Assembly: GCA_022813865.1 (NCBI GenBank)
Contig: JALDZX010000063.1
Location: forward strand, 1-64,000
DNA from: Xylographa opegraphella
Lineage: Eukaryota
Direction: 5' to 3'
DNA length: 64,000 nt
Both the position numbers and the translations under genes were made by a program. Position 1 is the first letter of the stretch. Every line of letters begins with the position of its first letter. The notes under the pieces are model-generated. The model was given only the letters and a program-made list of their open reading frames with translations, was not told the DNA's origin and searched no databases. This document shows positions 35,290 to 47,884 of this stretch, in pieces.

Positions 35290-37806
35290 GGAGGAGTGTC
35301 TGCGCAGCAGAGAAATGGAGCTCTAGGCTGTTGAGAAGAGCGGGCGTGCAGTAGTTGCTATGACATGGAGCCGTCGCTCATAGTCGTGGAAAGCTCGAAG
35401 ATGCTATAGCTCGGGCGTGGTGGCGAGGATGCTTCGAGCGCGATGAAGAACGAAATGAACAGCACAGCAGCGAGGCGCAAAGGTGGAGCCGGGGAGACGT
35501 GCGGATCTCATCGCTATGTATGGCATGTCGGAGGAGGGGAAACGACTGGCTCGATTGGTTCGCACCCCAGAGATTGATAGATCCATTTGGGCAGCGAGTG
35601 GCAGCGCGAGGCAGCGAACGATTGGAGGACAGCCAAGGCACGCACCAGTGATGCATGCCCGCATACGTGCAGCTGCTAAGCAACGATAGCGGCATTCGTT
35701 TCCATCCGCGGCAGGGGTTCGGTGCTATCAATAGCCGCCGGAGCTGCTTTCGTGTGCCGAGGACCGGGGTCGGACGTCCAACCTCCCGCCCGTCGGCTTC
35801 ATTCATAGGCGGGCATGATGGAGGGACAATGCCTCTGTAACAGTTACACAAACGAACGATAGGAGAACCGTCGCTGTTTATATCATTGCAGCCATCATGA
35901 ACGCCCTCGCCACACCCGTTCTGTGACACTGCACAGTCCATAGCCACGAACCCCGTAACAGTCTTTGCTCCTTTCGCCACACCTGTCTCGCGAGCCGCCT
36001 GGGTTCGTTCGCCGCCAGTCCATAGCTCTGCACGCCACAGCACAACACCAGCACACCGAGTCCTGCACCTGGTCCAGGCCTGTGAAGATATGTACTATAC
36101 AATGGACTTGTCCCTAGTGCCGTGAAAGTGATGTGATAATGGCTTGCGACTTGATAAGATCCCAAGATCCACGACTGTCGACCATCGGGATCTTGCGAAT
36201 CAAGCGTGCATTCCTTCACGGGCAGAAGGGCTCGGCTGGTGCTGATATGTCCGGCGGAGTGCCTTAGTGTGATGAATAGTGGGTGGGCGGCTGGAGACAG
36301 CCAACGATTGGCATCGCTTAAGCGTCCCCGCCCCCCCCAAGCTCCAGGGGTACTCTGGGTGCGTGCGTTCTGCTCCAGTGACTGCCAAATCCTTCCGCTC
36401 ACTACAGCCATTGTACATGCCACCAAGCCTCATCAAGACCATGTCCTCACTTGGCGCCAGGTTGCAGAGACTCGAGCCTGTCGCCATGCCTGCTCTGCGG
36501 TGGAAGCTGGAAGCTGCAACACGCGCAATCGAGGCGTTGCGCTGGCCTCTCTTCCCAGCGCCTGTTATGTGTGACTCTGGGGTTTCAGACGCAATTACAC
36601 ATCAGAACGAACCTCGTATTCTAGCATCTCGTTCTCCGTTCCTGCGAGTGCTCTGGAATTATCCCTGTCTATCTGCGCCTCGTGCTTGTTCCGGTGCCTC
36701 GATTCTGTACCTACAGGTTTATTGGAGCACTAGATCGGTAGCATTTCTGCCCGCACCGCCGTTGGCAGGGCTAATTCTCCAGCCATTGATTCCGTGGCCT
36801 TGATTCGATCCATCCTGACGGTAGCTTGGGGACTTTCTGGGAGCCAGGTATGCACATGGCTGTGCTCGATACCGAGCAGAGTGATTCTGCTGAACTATCC
36901 CATTGATCTTCGCTAGAACTCTCTTTCGCCGCTTCAGAACATCTTCTTTTCCTTCTGACACGTCCAGCCGAGTCCTGGACCGAGGACTGTGCCTTGCGAC
37001 GACCTGCTGATCGCATCTGGCGTCTATCGTTCGAGCTTGTTGAAACATATTTCACGCCGCATCCTCCATCATTAGGATTGAACGGCGACCAGTCCATTCG
37101 GATTTGCCGCTGCACCAGAAACAAAGACATTCACGTTCCTTCTCGATATCTGGGATACCGGGCAGGTCACCGAGCAAGAGGAGAGTGTCGCATACACACC
37201 TGTGAATCTCGAGCCGCTGCAAAGGGTAGGAGAGACCGATAGCCGCGCTTACAGCATATATCATACCGTTTCGCAAATTCAGACCTGGTTACCACGGTGC
37301 GAGCTTTCTATAGCGATACCACAAGTGCAAAATAGTGTGGAGCTCTCGGCACAGCACACAATATTCCTACAGGATTTTTTACGGCGCCAATAGTCTTCGA
37401 AGTTGCCTGAGTGCTGGAAGAGGGTCGCAAGACTAGAGCAACGGTCATTGCTGCCAGATCGAGGAGCAAGAAACAGACTTCGTCGTGGCGGATATATTCA
37501 GCAATATTCTGACACGGGCTTTTGACGTTTGAGTGAAAACAACAAGCGTCGGTTTTCTGAATACAACACAGGTTTAAAGGAGCAAAGGCCGGGAACAACA
37601 GCAAGGTCTATATTGGTTAGACATCGGCTTCGAGGCCGCACAAGCCTGCCAGCTCCAAAAGTTCCTTCCCCGACAAGAGACCTGCCATTTTATATCCTGG
37701 GTATCAACTTTTGGTTGGAATTGGCATAAACGGGGCTAGGGCACGGCCTTTCTCCTCTGGCTGAGCCAAACTCTTTCTTACCCTGCAGCATACTAGTTTT
37801 GTAATT

Positions 37807-39567
37807 ATGAAGAGACCATCCATCTGGAGAAGGGAGCTTACGGGGCGACGACTACTATTCAATTTCCTCTTCCATGGTGCTCATATTGCTGCTTTTGCAG
37901 CAGGATGGTATGCATCAAACGTTGTTTATCAAAATTCCAAGCCAAGGCTAACTTAAGTACAGGTACTTCCAGGAGTCTAATCCGAGGCTTGCGGCTCTAA
38001 ATTCGCTCACCTTCTCTGTCTGGTTTTCGCGTGGAGCTGGATTGAACTTGAGTTTCGATGCAACGCTGATATTGCTGCCGATGTGCAGAAATCTTCTACG
38101 TTGGATACGGCCGAAACTGAAGTTTCTACCACTAGATGAATCACGATGGTTTCATCGACAAGTTGCCTACTCGTTGCTTTTCTGGACTTGTATCCATGTT
38201 TCTGCACATTACGTAAAGTATGCGATCCAGATCTCCTTTAAGATAAGATATCGCTGACCAGGAGTAGCTTCTTCAATGTCGAAAGGAATCAGCTTCGGCC
38301 GTTGACCGCAGTAGAGATACAATATACCGAGGCTGGTGGTATAACCGGCCACGTCATGCTACTGTGTATGCTGTTGATGTACACCACTGCACACGCCCGG
38401 ATACGCCAACAGTCCTACGAGACGTTCTGGTACACTCATCACCTGTTCATACCATTCTTCCTCGCTCTTTACACCCATGCCACAGGGTGCTTCGTCCGCG
38501 ACTCTGTTGAGCCTGTGTCACCGTTCGCAGGGTCTGAGTTCTGGAATCACTGCATAGGATACGAAGGTTGGCGTTGGGAACTGGTCGCAGGCGGCCTGTA
38601 CCTCTTTGAGCGCCTGTACCGCGAAATCCGCGCCCGACGCCCCACCGAGATTGTCAAAGTCATCCGCCACCCCTACGACGCCCTCGAACTGCAATTCGCC
38701 AAGCCCAGCATGAAATACAAAGCCGGGCAGTGGCTCTTCATCAACATCCCCTCCGTCTCCCGCCAACAGTGGCACCCCTTCACCATCACCTCCTGCCCCT
38801 TCGACCCCTACATCAGCATCCACGTCCGCCAAGTCGGCGACTGGACGCGCGAGATGGCCGACGCCCTCGGCGCGGGGCCGGCCCAAGCGGAAGAATACAA
38901 CGCCCTCGACCCCATGCAAGTGTACGAAGTCGCTCTCGAGCATGGCCAGATGATGCCGGCGATCCGCATCGACGGCCCGTACGGGGCGCCGGCGGAAGAT
39001 GTCTTCGACAACGAAGTCTCCGTCCTCGTCGGCACCGGCATCGGCGTCACGCCGTGGGCGTCGATCCTCAAGAACATCTGGCACCTGCGGGCGTCGCCCA
39101 ACCCGCCGCAGCGGCTGCGACGCGTGGAGTTCATCTGGGTGTGCAAGGACACCTCCTCCTTCGAGTGGTTCCAGACCCTGCTCGCGTCGCTGGAGGCGCA
39201 GTCGCAGGCCGCCGCCCACCTCTCGCACGGGGCCGAGTTCCTGCGCATCCACACCTACCTCACCCAGCGCATGGACGTCGACACTCAGGCCAACATCTAC
39301 CTCAACAGCGTCGGCGCCCTCGTCGACCCCCTCACCGAGCTCAAGAGCCGCACCAACTTCGGTCGGCCGGATTTCACGAAGCTGTTCGCCGGCATGCGCG
39401 ACGGTCTGCGCGATGGCTCTTATATCCGTGGCCTGACTGCCGGCAAGGGTGTCGATGTCGGGGTCTATTTCTGCGGACCGAACCTCGCGGCTAGGGATAT
39501 CAGAAAGGCGTGCAAGGAGGCGGGGGATACGGACGTGCGGTTTCGTTTCTGGAAGGAACATCTCTGA
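37807..39567 (+). CDS. noxA: NADPH oxidase NoxA/Nox1 (gp91phox family), 3 exons
   Basis: Exons 37807-37907, 37963-38217 and 38268-39567. Short N-terminus (no NoxB extension or EF hands), SRGAG, haem His motifs (WFHRQVA, HVSAHY, FWYTHHLF), HPFTITS (FAD), IDGPYGAP, GTGIGVTPWAS, VYFCGP and FWKEH. Confidence 0.95.
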
Positions 39568-39591
39568 AGTATTCGGGGGGATGGCGGGGGG

Positions 39592-39650
39592 NNNNNNNNN
39601 NNNNNNNNNNNNNNNNNNNNNNNNNNNNNNNNNNNNNNNNNNNNNNNNNN
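39592..39650. other. Assembly gap (N run) flanked by G-runs
   Basis: Run of n characters in the sequence. Confidence 1.
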
Positions 39651-40590
39651 GCGGGAAACCGGGGCCAGGGATTTTCGCGGCGAATTGGGCCAAAGGCGGG
39701 GGGAGGGGGATCTGTACGAAGTTTCATAGATACATGTAGATACGATGTCAGTGGTATGGGGGTCTCGCGTTCAGAGCCGCATCGGGAATGAATGGAATGA
39801 ATAGGTAATCTGCATCTTTTTGGCACGATTGCGGAGTTTGGGGCAACTCCGGTGGTGTGGATGATTCGCTGTGGATCCCCTTTTTCTATTTTGGGGGAGA
39901 GAGGGGGGGGTTTTCCCGTGCTGGCGTTTTTTGAGATCGGTGTATTTGTCGTAAGATGGATGGGAGAGGAGCGGAGTGGAGTGGAGTATCGGTGCTCGAT
40001 AACGTGTCTTTCTTGGTACGCCGTGCGTCGTGCGCGTGTATTACTCCTCTAGCAGGTAGGAAGAGCACGTGGAGCCGATCTCGAGGAGGAGGTCTGGTCT
40101 GTGGATGGCAGAGATGAACGGGATGAAACGGGCTACAAGTCCTCCTCCCACACAGTCCAACTCACCACGTACGTAGTGAAAAACCTCCAAGCCGAGGAAC
40201 GCACGCATCCACCCCCCCCGGGGCCCATCCGGCCAGCCTCAAAGGGCCGGGAAACGAAACACAGGACAGGTTTTCCATACGACAGAGCACGTAGCACGTA
40301 GCAGGCATGGCACAGTCACGCCGCGAAGAAAGGCATGTGCATCGCATATCATTCATCAGCCCCGCCCCGACCATCACCACCCACGACCCACCACGACGAG
40401 CGCTCGCCAGCGGCCCGCGCACACCTCAGGCAGGGAGGGAAATAGGTAGGTAGGTAGGGAGGAAGGAAAGAAACCAAATCACGACTAAAAACCCCTCCCG
40501 CAGCTGCTCGCTATCCACTTCATCTCCACCCACTCACCCTGCCCTTGCCATCGATATCCCCACCTCCGTTCCCCCTCCCCAGCCCTCTCG

Positions 40591-42040
40591 CTAGTGCGTG
40601 AGCAAATACTCCACCGCGCCCTGCACGCTCCCGCCCGTCCGCCGCAGCGCCTCGACGTTGCGGTCGAACTCGTAGAAGCCCATGTCGTTCAGCTGCCGTA
40701 GCTGCTCGGCGTAGCGCTCCTCCGGCGGCCGGGAATCCACAGGCGCAGCGGCAGCGGAGAAGCCTTGGCCGCCCAGCATGCCGCCTGGGGCGAAGAGCGC
40801 GGCGAACGGGTTAGTGGCTGGGTCAGAGGAGGCCGGGGCGGAGGAATTGGGGATTGCACCGCTGCCGCCGCCGCCCATGGCTTGGAGCATCTGCTGCATC
40901 ATCTGCGGGTTGGTGAGGAAGGGGTTGGCCATGTTGGCGAAGGGGTTGAAGCCGGCTTGGCCGGGCTGCGCCGGTAGCGATGATCCCTGTCCGTCCGCGG
41001 GTGCGGGAGTACCGGGCCCAGCAGGGGTTCTCTGGCCTGCAGAAGCAGGAGGGGGAGGGGTGGCGGCCGGTGTTTGGCCAAAGCCAGCGGGGTTGAAGAG
41101 GGCGGCGAAGGGGTTCGCGCCGGGAGCGCCACCGGCGGCAGCTGGGTTGGCGAACATGGCCATCGGGTTGAAGGGAAGTTGTGGAGTCGGTTGGGTGGCC
41201 CTGTTGCTTTCTTGTCCGGGTGTAGTGTCCGTCGCGCCAGGTGCAGGAAATGCGGATGCACCTCCGCCGCCCATACCAGGCATACCACCACCAAACATAC
41301 GTTGCAGTTGAGTCATGTTTCGCAGCTGCTCCGGGTCGGTCATCATGCGCCGGAACTCTGGTGTCTGCATCATCTGGCGGACTTCGGGGCCCATGCCGCG
41401 AAGTTGTGGGTTTTGCTGTATCATCATGTCAATGAGCTGAGGGTTCTGGAGGGCTTCATTGAGGGTTGAGGCGAATTGCGGGTTCTGGAGCATAGAGATC
41501 ATATGTTCTGGGTCGGGAGGCGGGCCCATCTGCACCGGTCAGCATTCAATTCTATAGGCTGGAAGTCTCGAGTAAGAACGACGGTGAAGAACCAAGACTT
41601 ACACCACCGTCTGGCCCGAACATTTCCTGGCCTGGCAGTTGCGCAAAGCCAGCATATCTCGCTCCAGTTAACCCCGCCAGCGGGTTGTTCCCTGTCCCAG
41701 CGGCGATGTTGGTAGGTACACCAGACGGGACCGGACTTGCGCTGGTACCCTGGTTCGCCGGATTCTGTCGTTGATTACTTGCGGCACCTTTCACCAGATG
41801 TATTGTGTGTCCTTCCTTGATCTTGTAACTTCCCAGTGTATCAGGGTCTTTTAGAACTCGTCCGGAGTAGATAAGACGTTGTCGCTCAGGCGGAATGTCA
41901 GCATACTCTGAAGATGATAATTTGCTTTTGAGATCGGAGACGGTGGTGGTAAGGGGGACTGTAAGTGTGTATTTGGCGTCATTGGATGACTTGACGCTGA
42001 AGGTGACAGGTACTTCGTCTGCAGGCGTTTCATCCGCCAT
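40591..42040 (-). CDS. DSK2: Ubiquilin-type UBL-STI1-UBA shuttle factor Dsk2/Dph1, 2 exons
   Basis: Exons 42040-41603 and 41529-40591. UBL domain (RQRLIYSGRVLKD...HTIHLVK), NPLAGLTGARYAG, and UBA domain (PPEERYAEQLRQLNDMGF.EFDRNVEALRRTGGSVQGA). Confidence 0.95.
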
Positions 42041-42804
42041 GATGGCAAAGATCTGTCGAGGTCAACGGGTGCGTATCGGATTATTGCAGTGGTCTTGGAA
42101 GCTTCCTGGTACAGACTAGACGATTATAACTGGACCGGAAGTTGTGTCAGGCAAGTTGTGTTGTTGGTGAGGTTGTCTCATCAAGCTTTAGGATAGGATG
42201 TCGGATGACGTCGAATGGGTCCACGAGCCTCGGGCGAAGAATCATTCACGATTTCACGAGCACAGCGTACACGACGCAAAGCTGGACCACAACGGTTTGA
42301 AAATTGCTCAGTCTCTCAGCTTGAGAAGGATCTGGTTGGACAGAGGCTATGGATCAACCGAAGGATACATCGCATGAGCTTGTGCCGATGCGATGCTAGA
42401 CTTTCCTTCGACTCGTTCTTCTAGCGGAGTCTTCTCCCTTCCGCACTGGAGACTGGGGACAACAAACCACCACACCAACACATAGTTACTAATGCGTACC
42501 TCATACTCCGTACTTGAAACGATGCTCTGGTTACCTGAATTCCCTTGATGCTACGAATCACGTGTAAAAGGGATAGGAACAACGCTTCAAGATTCATGAG
42601 TTACAAATAGCTATTGAGTTATGTAACTTCCTTCCAGCGACGCTCAAGTACAAGGATAGCAATGATCTTTCTGCTAGAATTGCTAAAGGCATTAATCCTC
42701 CGCACAAGCTATAACACCGGATGATCGCCGAAAGCATGTAAATAAAAGCGTGATTCCCAACTATGACTAGAAACTGCCCGACACCTCACCTTTCCGTCCC
42801 CTTG

Positions 42805-44818
42805 CTATAGCAAATTGTCGAGTGATCCTAGAGGTGACCTCTCAACGGGCATGTCGTCGAATGGCTCCCTCGCACCTGTGGGATTGATTTGGCCCTTACT
42901 GCTTTGTTTCTTCGGCGCCTTCCTTGTCGGTGATGACCCAAGAGCTTCTTCGTCCTTGCTCGTGATCTGAGGGGTTGTGCTCGCCCGTTTTCTCTTTCCA
43001 TCGCTCAAGATCACGGTAGTGACAACCCTCGTTGTAGCGTTTTCCTTATTGCCTGTACCACTATTGATCGAACTGTTTGAGGACTTCTTCTGTACATAGG
43101 TGGGAACATCAAGCTCGCTAGCTCTACCCTCTTTTCTGCCTTTCACATCGTTTGCTGGTTTGATGTGCACCCTCACATCAGCAATATCTTTGGTGCTCTC
43201 CTGGTCTTCCGAAAACCCGGAATGCATGCTGATATCGGAGCTCTCACGGGGTCTGGGTGGCGCATCTTTGGTTGTGATAGATACCGCTCGAGAACGTTCC
43301 TTGCTGTAGGAAGACACGCGAGCCTCGGCTGCAGCAGACGGCCTGGAGGGAATGGGCGGAGTGTTCGCAGCACTGCTTACCCTAGTGTTTGCTGGAGCAA
43401 CCACTCCGCTGGTATCATTTTCGCAACTATTGAAGAGCGGTAATATTTCACTGAACAATGCTTCCTGATTTTGCATTGTATTATAAGGTCTGACATGCGT
43501 CGGGATTTCGGTAGTCAGATTTCGACTGCTCGCTGGAGTTATAGAACGAGAATAATCGGGCATTGATATATCGGATTTGTTGTTCGAACGTGAAATGTAG
43601 TGGTTCTGCATGAATGTCCGACTACCTTCTATAAAGGGGTCTGGCATTTGTGTCAGCGAGTTCCAAGCGGCAGCCCGACTCTCGAAATTCATATCTTGCA
43701 TAGCAGCTGGCTGCATTCCCGCTGGGGGCTGCATAGCTTTGAATATACTTGGTGGTAGTGGTATCTTGCTTGCCACCTTCCCCTGCAGACTGGCCATGGA
43801 TTCCTGACGGCGACGTGGGGAATGTGCATGCAGATCTGTGGTCTCGGACGAAGGCTCCTTCTTGACTGGTGATGTGACATTGTACATTGGATGTGGCGAT
43901 TGATACCACATACCTGCATTGGGCCAAGCGATACCACAGTTCTCCAGTACTTCTGCGATTCTGCTTAGTATGGTCCGAATGCACAAATACGGTTTAGACA
44001 TACGTTGGGGGGCGTGTTGAAAGGAGAACGTTACTAGGTTCTTCGTTCGTGTGAAAGGAAGATTTCCTGGCGCAAGTAGATAACCTTCAGTGATGGTAAC
44101 TTTAATGCGACCTTTATTTTCTCCAGCATTCCAGTAGCTTTGGGTCAGCATTTCCGGATGAAATTGTGGCCAGCGAAGAAAGTCCCTGTTGCCTTCTTTG
44201 TCCACTTCTATTGCTGGCGTGTAAGTAGGCATGTATCTTATATAATTTTTGGTTGTTGCTCACTGGAAGACATTTCTATTGGCTTATGAGCTCAAGTCAG
44301 AAATGTTCAGAGTTTGCTTCACTTACCGATAACCTGTGGCCATGGTCCTTGGTCAAGGAAGAGCATGCCTCTGTGTCAGGAATTAGAGAACTTGAAAGCG
44401 GAGCTTTGGTGACTCTTCGACTTACGCAACGCACAGTCCGTCGATGAAGACCCTTGCTTCGTAGCAAATGGTTTTTCCATGTTGTGTGACCACTTGAAGC
44501 GCTTGGCTTGGGTTGGGATGTTCCCAGCTGTGTAGGGACACTCGAAAGGGATTTCCATCGGTCTGATTGGCAAGGAAGCATGCTACAATGGGCACTTGGG
44601 GAGAAGAAACATGCTCGTAGACATGACTTGGACCTAGATAGCGGTTCAGTTGAGCTTGAATGCGATCCAATAAACCAATGCCAACCAGAGATTGCAGCTA
44701 GAGTATCGTTTGAAAGGAATTCGGAGTCTTGCACGACATAGCAGCCGGTCTTGAACTCTTGCATTGGCACTTTAGAGCCGGCGGGGAAAAGCAGAACATC
44801 CCAGTTGAGATACCTCAT
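42805..44818 (-). CDS. Conserved fungal hypothetical protein (MRYLNWDVLLFP N-terminus), multi-exon
   Basis: Folded-looking N-terminal domain (WDVLLFP..KVPMQEFKT, PFRVSLHSW, FIDG, WPQVI, LRWPQFH, GRIKVTITEG, FSFQHAP) joined by canonical introns, including a 12-nt exon at 44275-44264. Long disordered tail. Confidence 0.8.
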
Positions 44819-45732
44819 CGTTTGGTCGAGGCTTAGATCGGTGGTTACAGTGGTGGTGCGTCAAGCTTAGCGAGATGCTGAAGTGTTTGCAGTCAAAGGT
44901 GATGATGTAGAACGTAGGGAATCAAGAAAGCTCTCAGACCATCGCAAACACAGGCCAATTGATGGAGTACCTCGATCGAGGAGAGGAAGGAAAGGCAGTC
45001 CGAGATGAAGTCAGTGTGATTCGCAAGAGCTGATGGGAGAGAAATCCAGAAGGGAAGGGTCATTGTTCATCGTCCGCACAGTCCCTTTCTACAAACCCTA
45101 ACAATGTGTCTGCGTCCACTCCCGCCTTCTTCATTCGCTTCTCCGGTGCGGCTGCTGGCCGCTCATTGGCTGGCGGTCTACAGACATGATGCTGTCCCAT
45201 GGGAGTGATGTCACACATTGAAACACTGATGTGCCTGAAGCTATGGCACTTCAGACAGCACCAACACTACTAGGAACGTCAGCTTCGGTCAATGCGGGCA
45301 GTCTCATTTAACGCGGATATGGAATGGATATTGAATTCTCCCCCGTTCAGATGTGGCATTTGCTTGCTATACACGTAGCGCGAGATCAGCATAGACGACA
45401 AGAATTTTAAAGCTTCCTCTAGAGGATTCAGTGCTGCTCGTCTATCCCAACCAACCTCTACTAATGTACACTGTGCTTCCGATGCCACGCAGAACTGCCA
45501 TAGTGTTCTTGGGTTGATCAGCTGAGCTCACCACAGCTCGAATGCATGTCTTCCATCGCCTTCTATGATTCCCGATTTGTAGGTCCCAGTCTTACATTTC
45601 GAAATGGCCGCGAAATGTTCTCGGGCACATCCCTGTCCTTCACATACATCTTCTTCCCAATGGTGATACGTTAACTGCTCAATATGGCGACGGTATACTG
45701 GACTTGCGGTCTGACAAGCAAAGAAGGTTAAG

Positions 45733-47884
45733 CTATTGAGAGAAGACGCTATCGAAGCCTCTCCCATCGGTCTCGAGGCGGGCGCCGACACTCTGCTGCT
45801 GTTGCATGTAAAGCTCGTTCAAACGACTGACAGGTATCGGATCGGTGGCAGAAGGCATATCTGGGCTAAGTGCTCCTGGTGGTCCCATCGGCAGACCTGG
45901 GCCAGGCATGGGTGGGTGTAGGTGTGCGGCATGTGGACTAAAGTACCATACAAGCTTGTCAGCATAGATCTGCCTCTCAGTGAATACTGTGGTACAGCCA
46001 GCCACAAGTGGAATTGAACTTCGCAATACACATTGCCACGAAGGAAACCTTTACAAATGAAAACTCATGTTGAAGCATGTCTAATCGAGGCCTAGGAACA
46101 TCTCAAGCTATGGCGGCAACTTTTGGGTGGGTGTGCTAGATAACATGCCAGTAAATTGGAGCTCAATGCCTTCGGCCCATGAACACCACATTCTTTCGAG
46201 GATGCAGAAGTAGCTACATAGAATCTGAATCTCGTGACACTCGTCATCTCGTCCGACAATAGTCGTACACTCGCTCGACATTGCATAGACTTTTGCAAAG
46301 TGCCACCTCATATCCTCTAAGTGCATCTGATAAAGTAGCAATCAAGTGGGACAAGCTTATGGGTATGGTGAAGGAGATCATCGCTAGCTGAAACACAGGC
46401 CGCTAGGTACAGCAGGAGAAGAAGAAGGAAGCTCTTACTGGATGAACGTCAGCGTACAGTGAACCTGCATACGATCCGGGAAGAACATACCTTCATTGGT
46501 GCAAAATTCCCATATTGGTGCGTGGGGGGCATACCCATTGAAGGATACACTGGAGGAGGCGGCGCTGGACGATACGGCGTTCCTGCTGGCCCGGAATTGT
46601 TCTGGCTGCGGCCCCAGCTGAGACGTACACGCGAGTTTCCGATCGGGTAACCTTGCATCTGGTTGATAGCCATCTCCGCGGCATGGCGTTGCACAAACTG
46701 CACGAAGCCGCATCCCTTTCCTGGTGGTATCTTGACATAAGTAATTTCACCAAAGCCTTGAAAGAAAGAACGAAGCTCATCCTCGGTGACATATCCAGAT
46801 AGACCACCGACGAAAACAGTGGTATTGTTCGGATCCGTGAACTGATTCATTGGCTGAGGTGCTCCGTAGTAGCCCATCGGAGGAGCACCCATAGAATACA
46901 TCCCGACCGGTCCCTGGCCACCACCCGGCATGCCCATTCCACCCTGGCCGGGAGTACCGGACTTGTTCTTTGGTGTGGCGGTTGATATACGCATAGGTCG
47001 GTTTCCGCAGTAGACACCCTGCATCTCCGTGAGAGCTCTCTGCTGGTCGCTCTCATCGGCGAAGCGAACGAATCCATAGCCACGAGACATTCCACTGATA
47101 GGGTCGGTCATAATCTTGGCGGATTTGCAAGATGGAAAGCGACTTTGAAAGAGCGATACCAGGACAAATTCGTTGACTTCAGGCCCGAGATCGCCAACAA
47201 AGATCGAGTACTCGGGACCACGCTCATCACGGCTACTATAGATAAGCAAAGGCTACTAGAGGCCAGGGAAAGACTTGCCTCCTATCCGCAAGACCCCCAC
47301 CCGAAGCCCAGTTGAGCTTGAATGGTCGATTGGAGTTGGGAATCAAAGTACCGTTGAGAGTCAACGCTTTTGCAGCAGCAGCCGGACTCGCGAAATCGAT
47401 GAAACAATAGCCAGCATTACTGATTCCGTTAGTAAATCACCCAAACGGCAAATGGCTACGATGCCATACCCAGAAAATTTATCACGAATCATCTTCACAT
47501 TGACTTGCTCTCCCATATTGAACCATACACTACGCACAAAATTCTCGTCGATCCACGGCTCCAACTCACCCATCCTGCAAGATCGGGTTAGTGATTACTA
47601 CTTTAGTTTCCCACGGAATCTGTGCTTCAGCAAGTTGACAGCAATTGCTGAAGGGGTATAGAGGCAGAGAGCGCTCACCAAAGAGTCGTCTTCGCGTCAC
47701 CACCCTGCTGCCCACCAGCAGATCCAGGCTCGCCAACATTGCCACCCTGAAAAGGCACAGGTGAGTTGTCCATTTGCTGATTCCCCATTGGGTTTTCTTG
47801 CTGTTGTGGCACACCTGGGCCATTGTTGCCAGGATCTTGTTGCCCTGGCTGGCCTTGAAAGGTTTCATAGCTTTGGAAGCTCAT
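45733..47884 (-). CDS. Three-RRM RNA-binding protein of the Nam8/Ngr1/Csx1 (TIA-1-related) family; short isoform stops at 46435, long isoform at 45733
   Basis: Exons 47884-47679, 47574-47470, 47419-47279 and 47232/47235-46491. RRMs: TLWMGELEPW, YSIFVGDLGPEV...SRGYGFVRF and DPNNTTVFVGGL...GKGCGFVQF. Distal exon 45937-45733. Confidence 0.92.
45938..46491 (-). other. Putative [D1,2] spliceosomal twin intron (stwintron)
   Basis: Minus strand reads ATG AA G[GTATGT...GCTGAC...CAG]TAAGA...GCTGAC...TTTAG|T CCA. Internal intron 46490-46438; external intron is G46491 plus 46437-45938. Confidence 0.75.

Noticed and set aside
38518..39693. Long antisense and off-frame ORFs over noxA (also over the arrestin, dsRBD and DSK2 genes)
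   Set aside because: Expected shadow ORFs in GC-rich, codon-biased sequence; no protein-like motifs.
45938..46438. Alternative [A2,3] route for the twin intron
   Set aside because: Removing GTAAGA...TAG first leaves CA+T rather than CAG, so no acceptor is rebuilt; only the [D1,2] order works.
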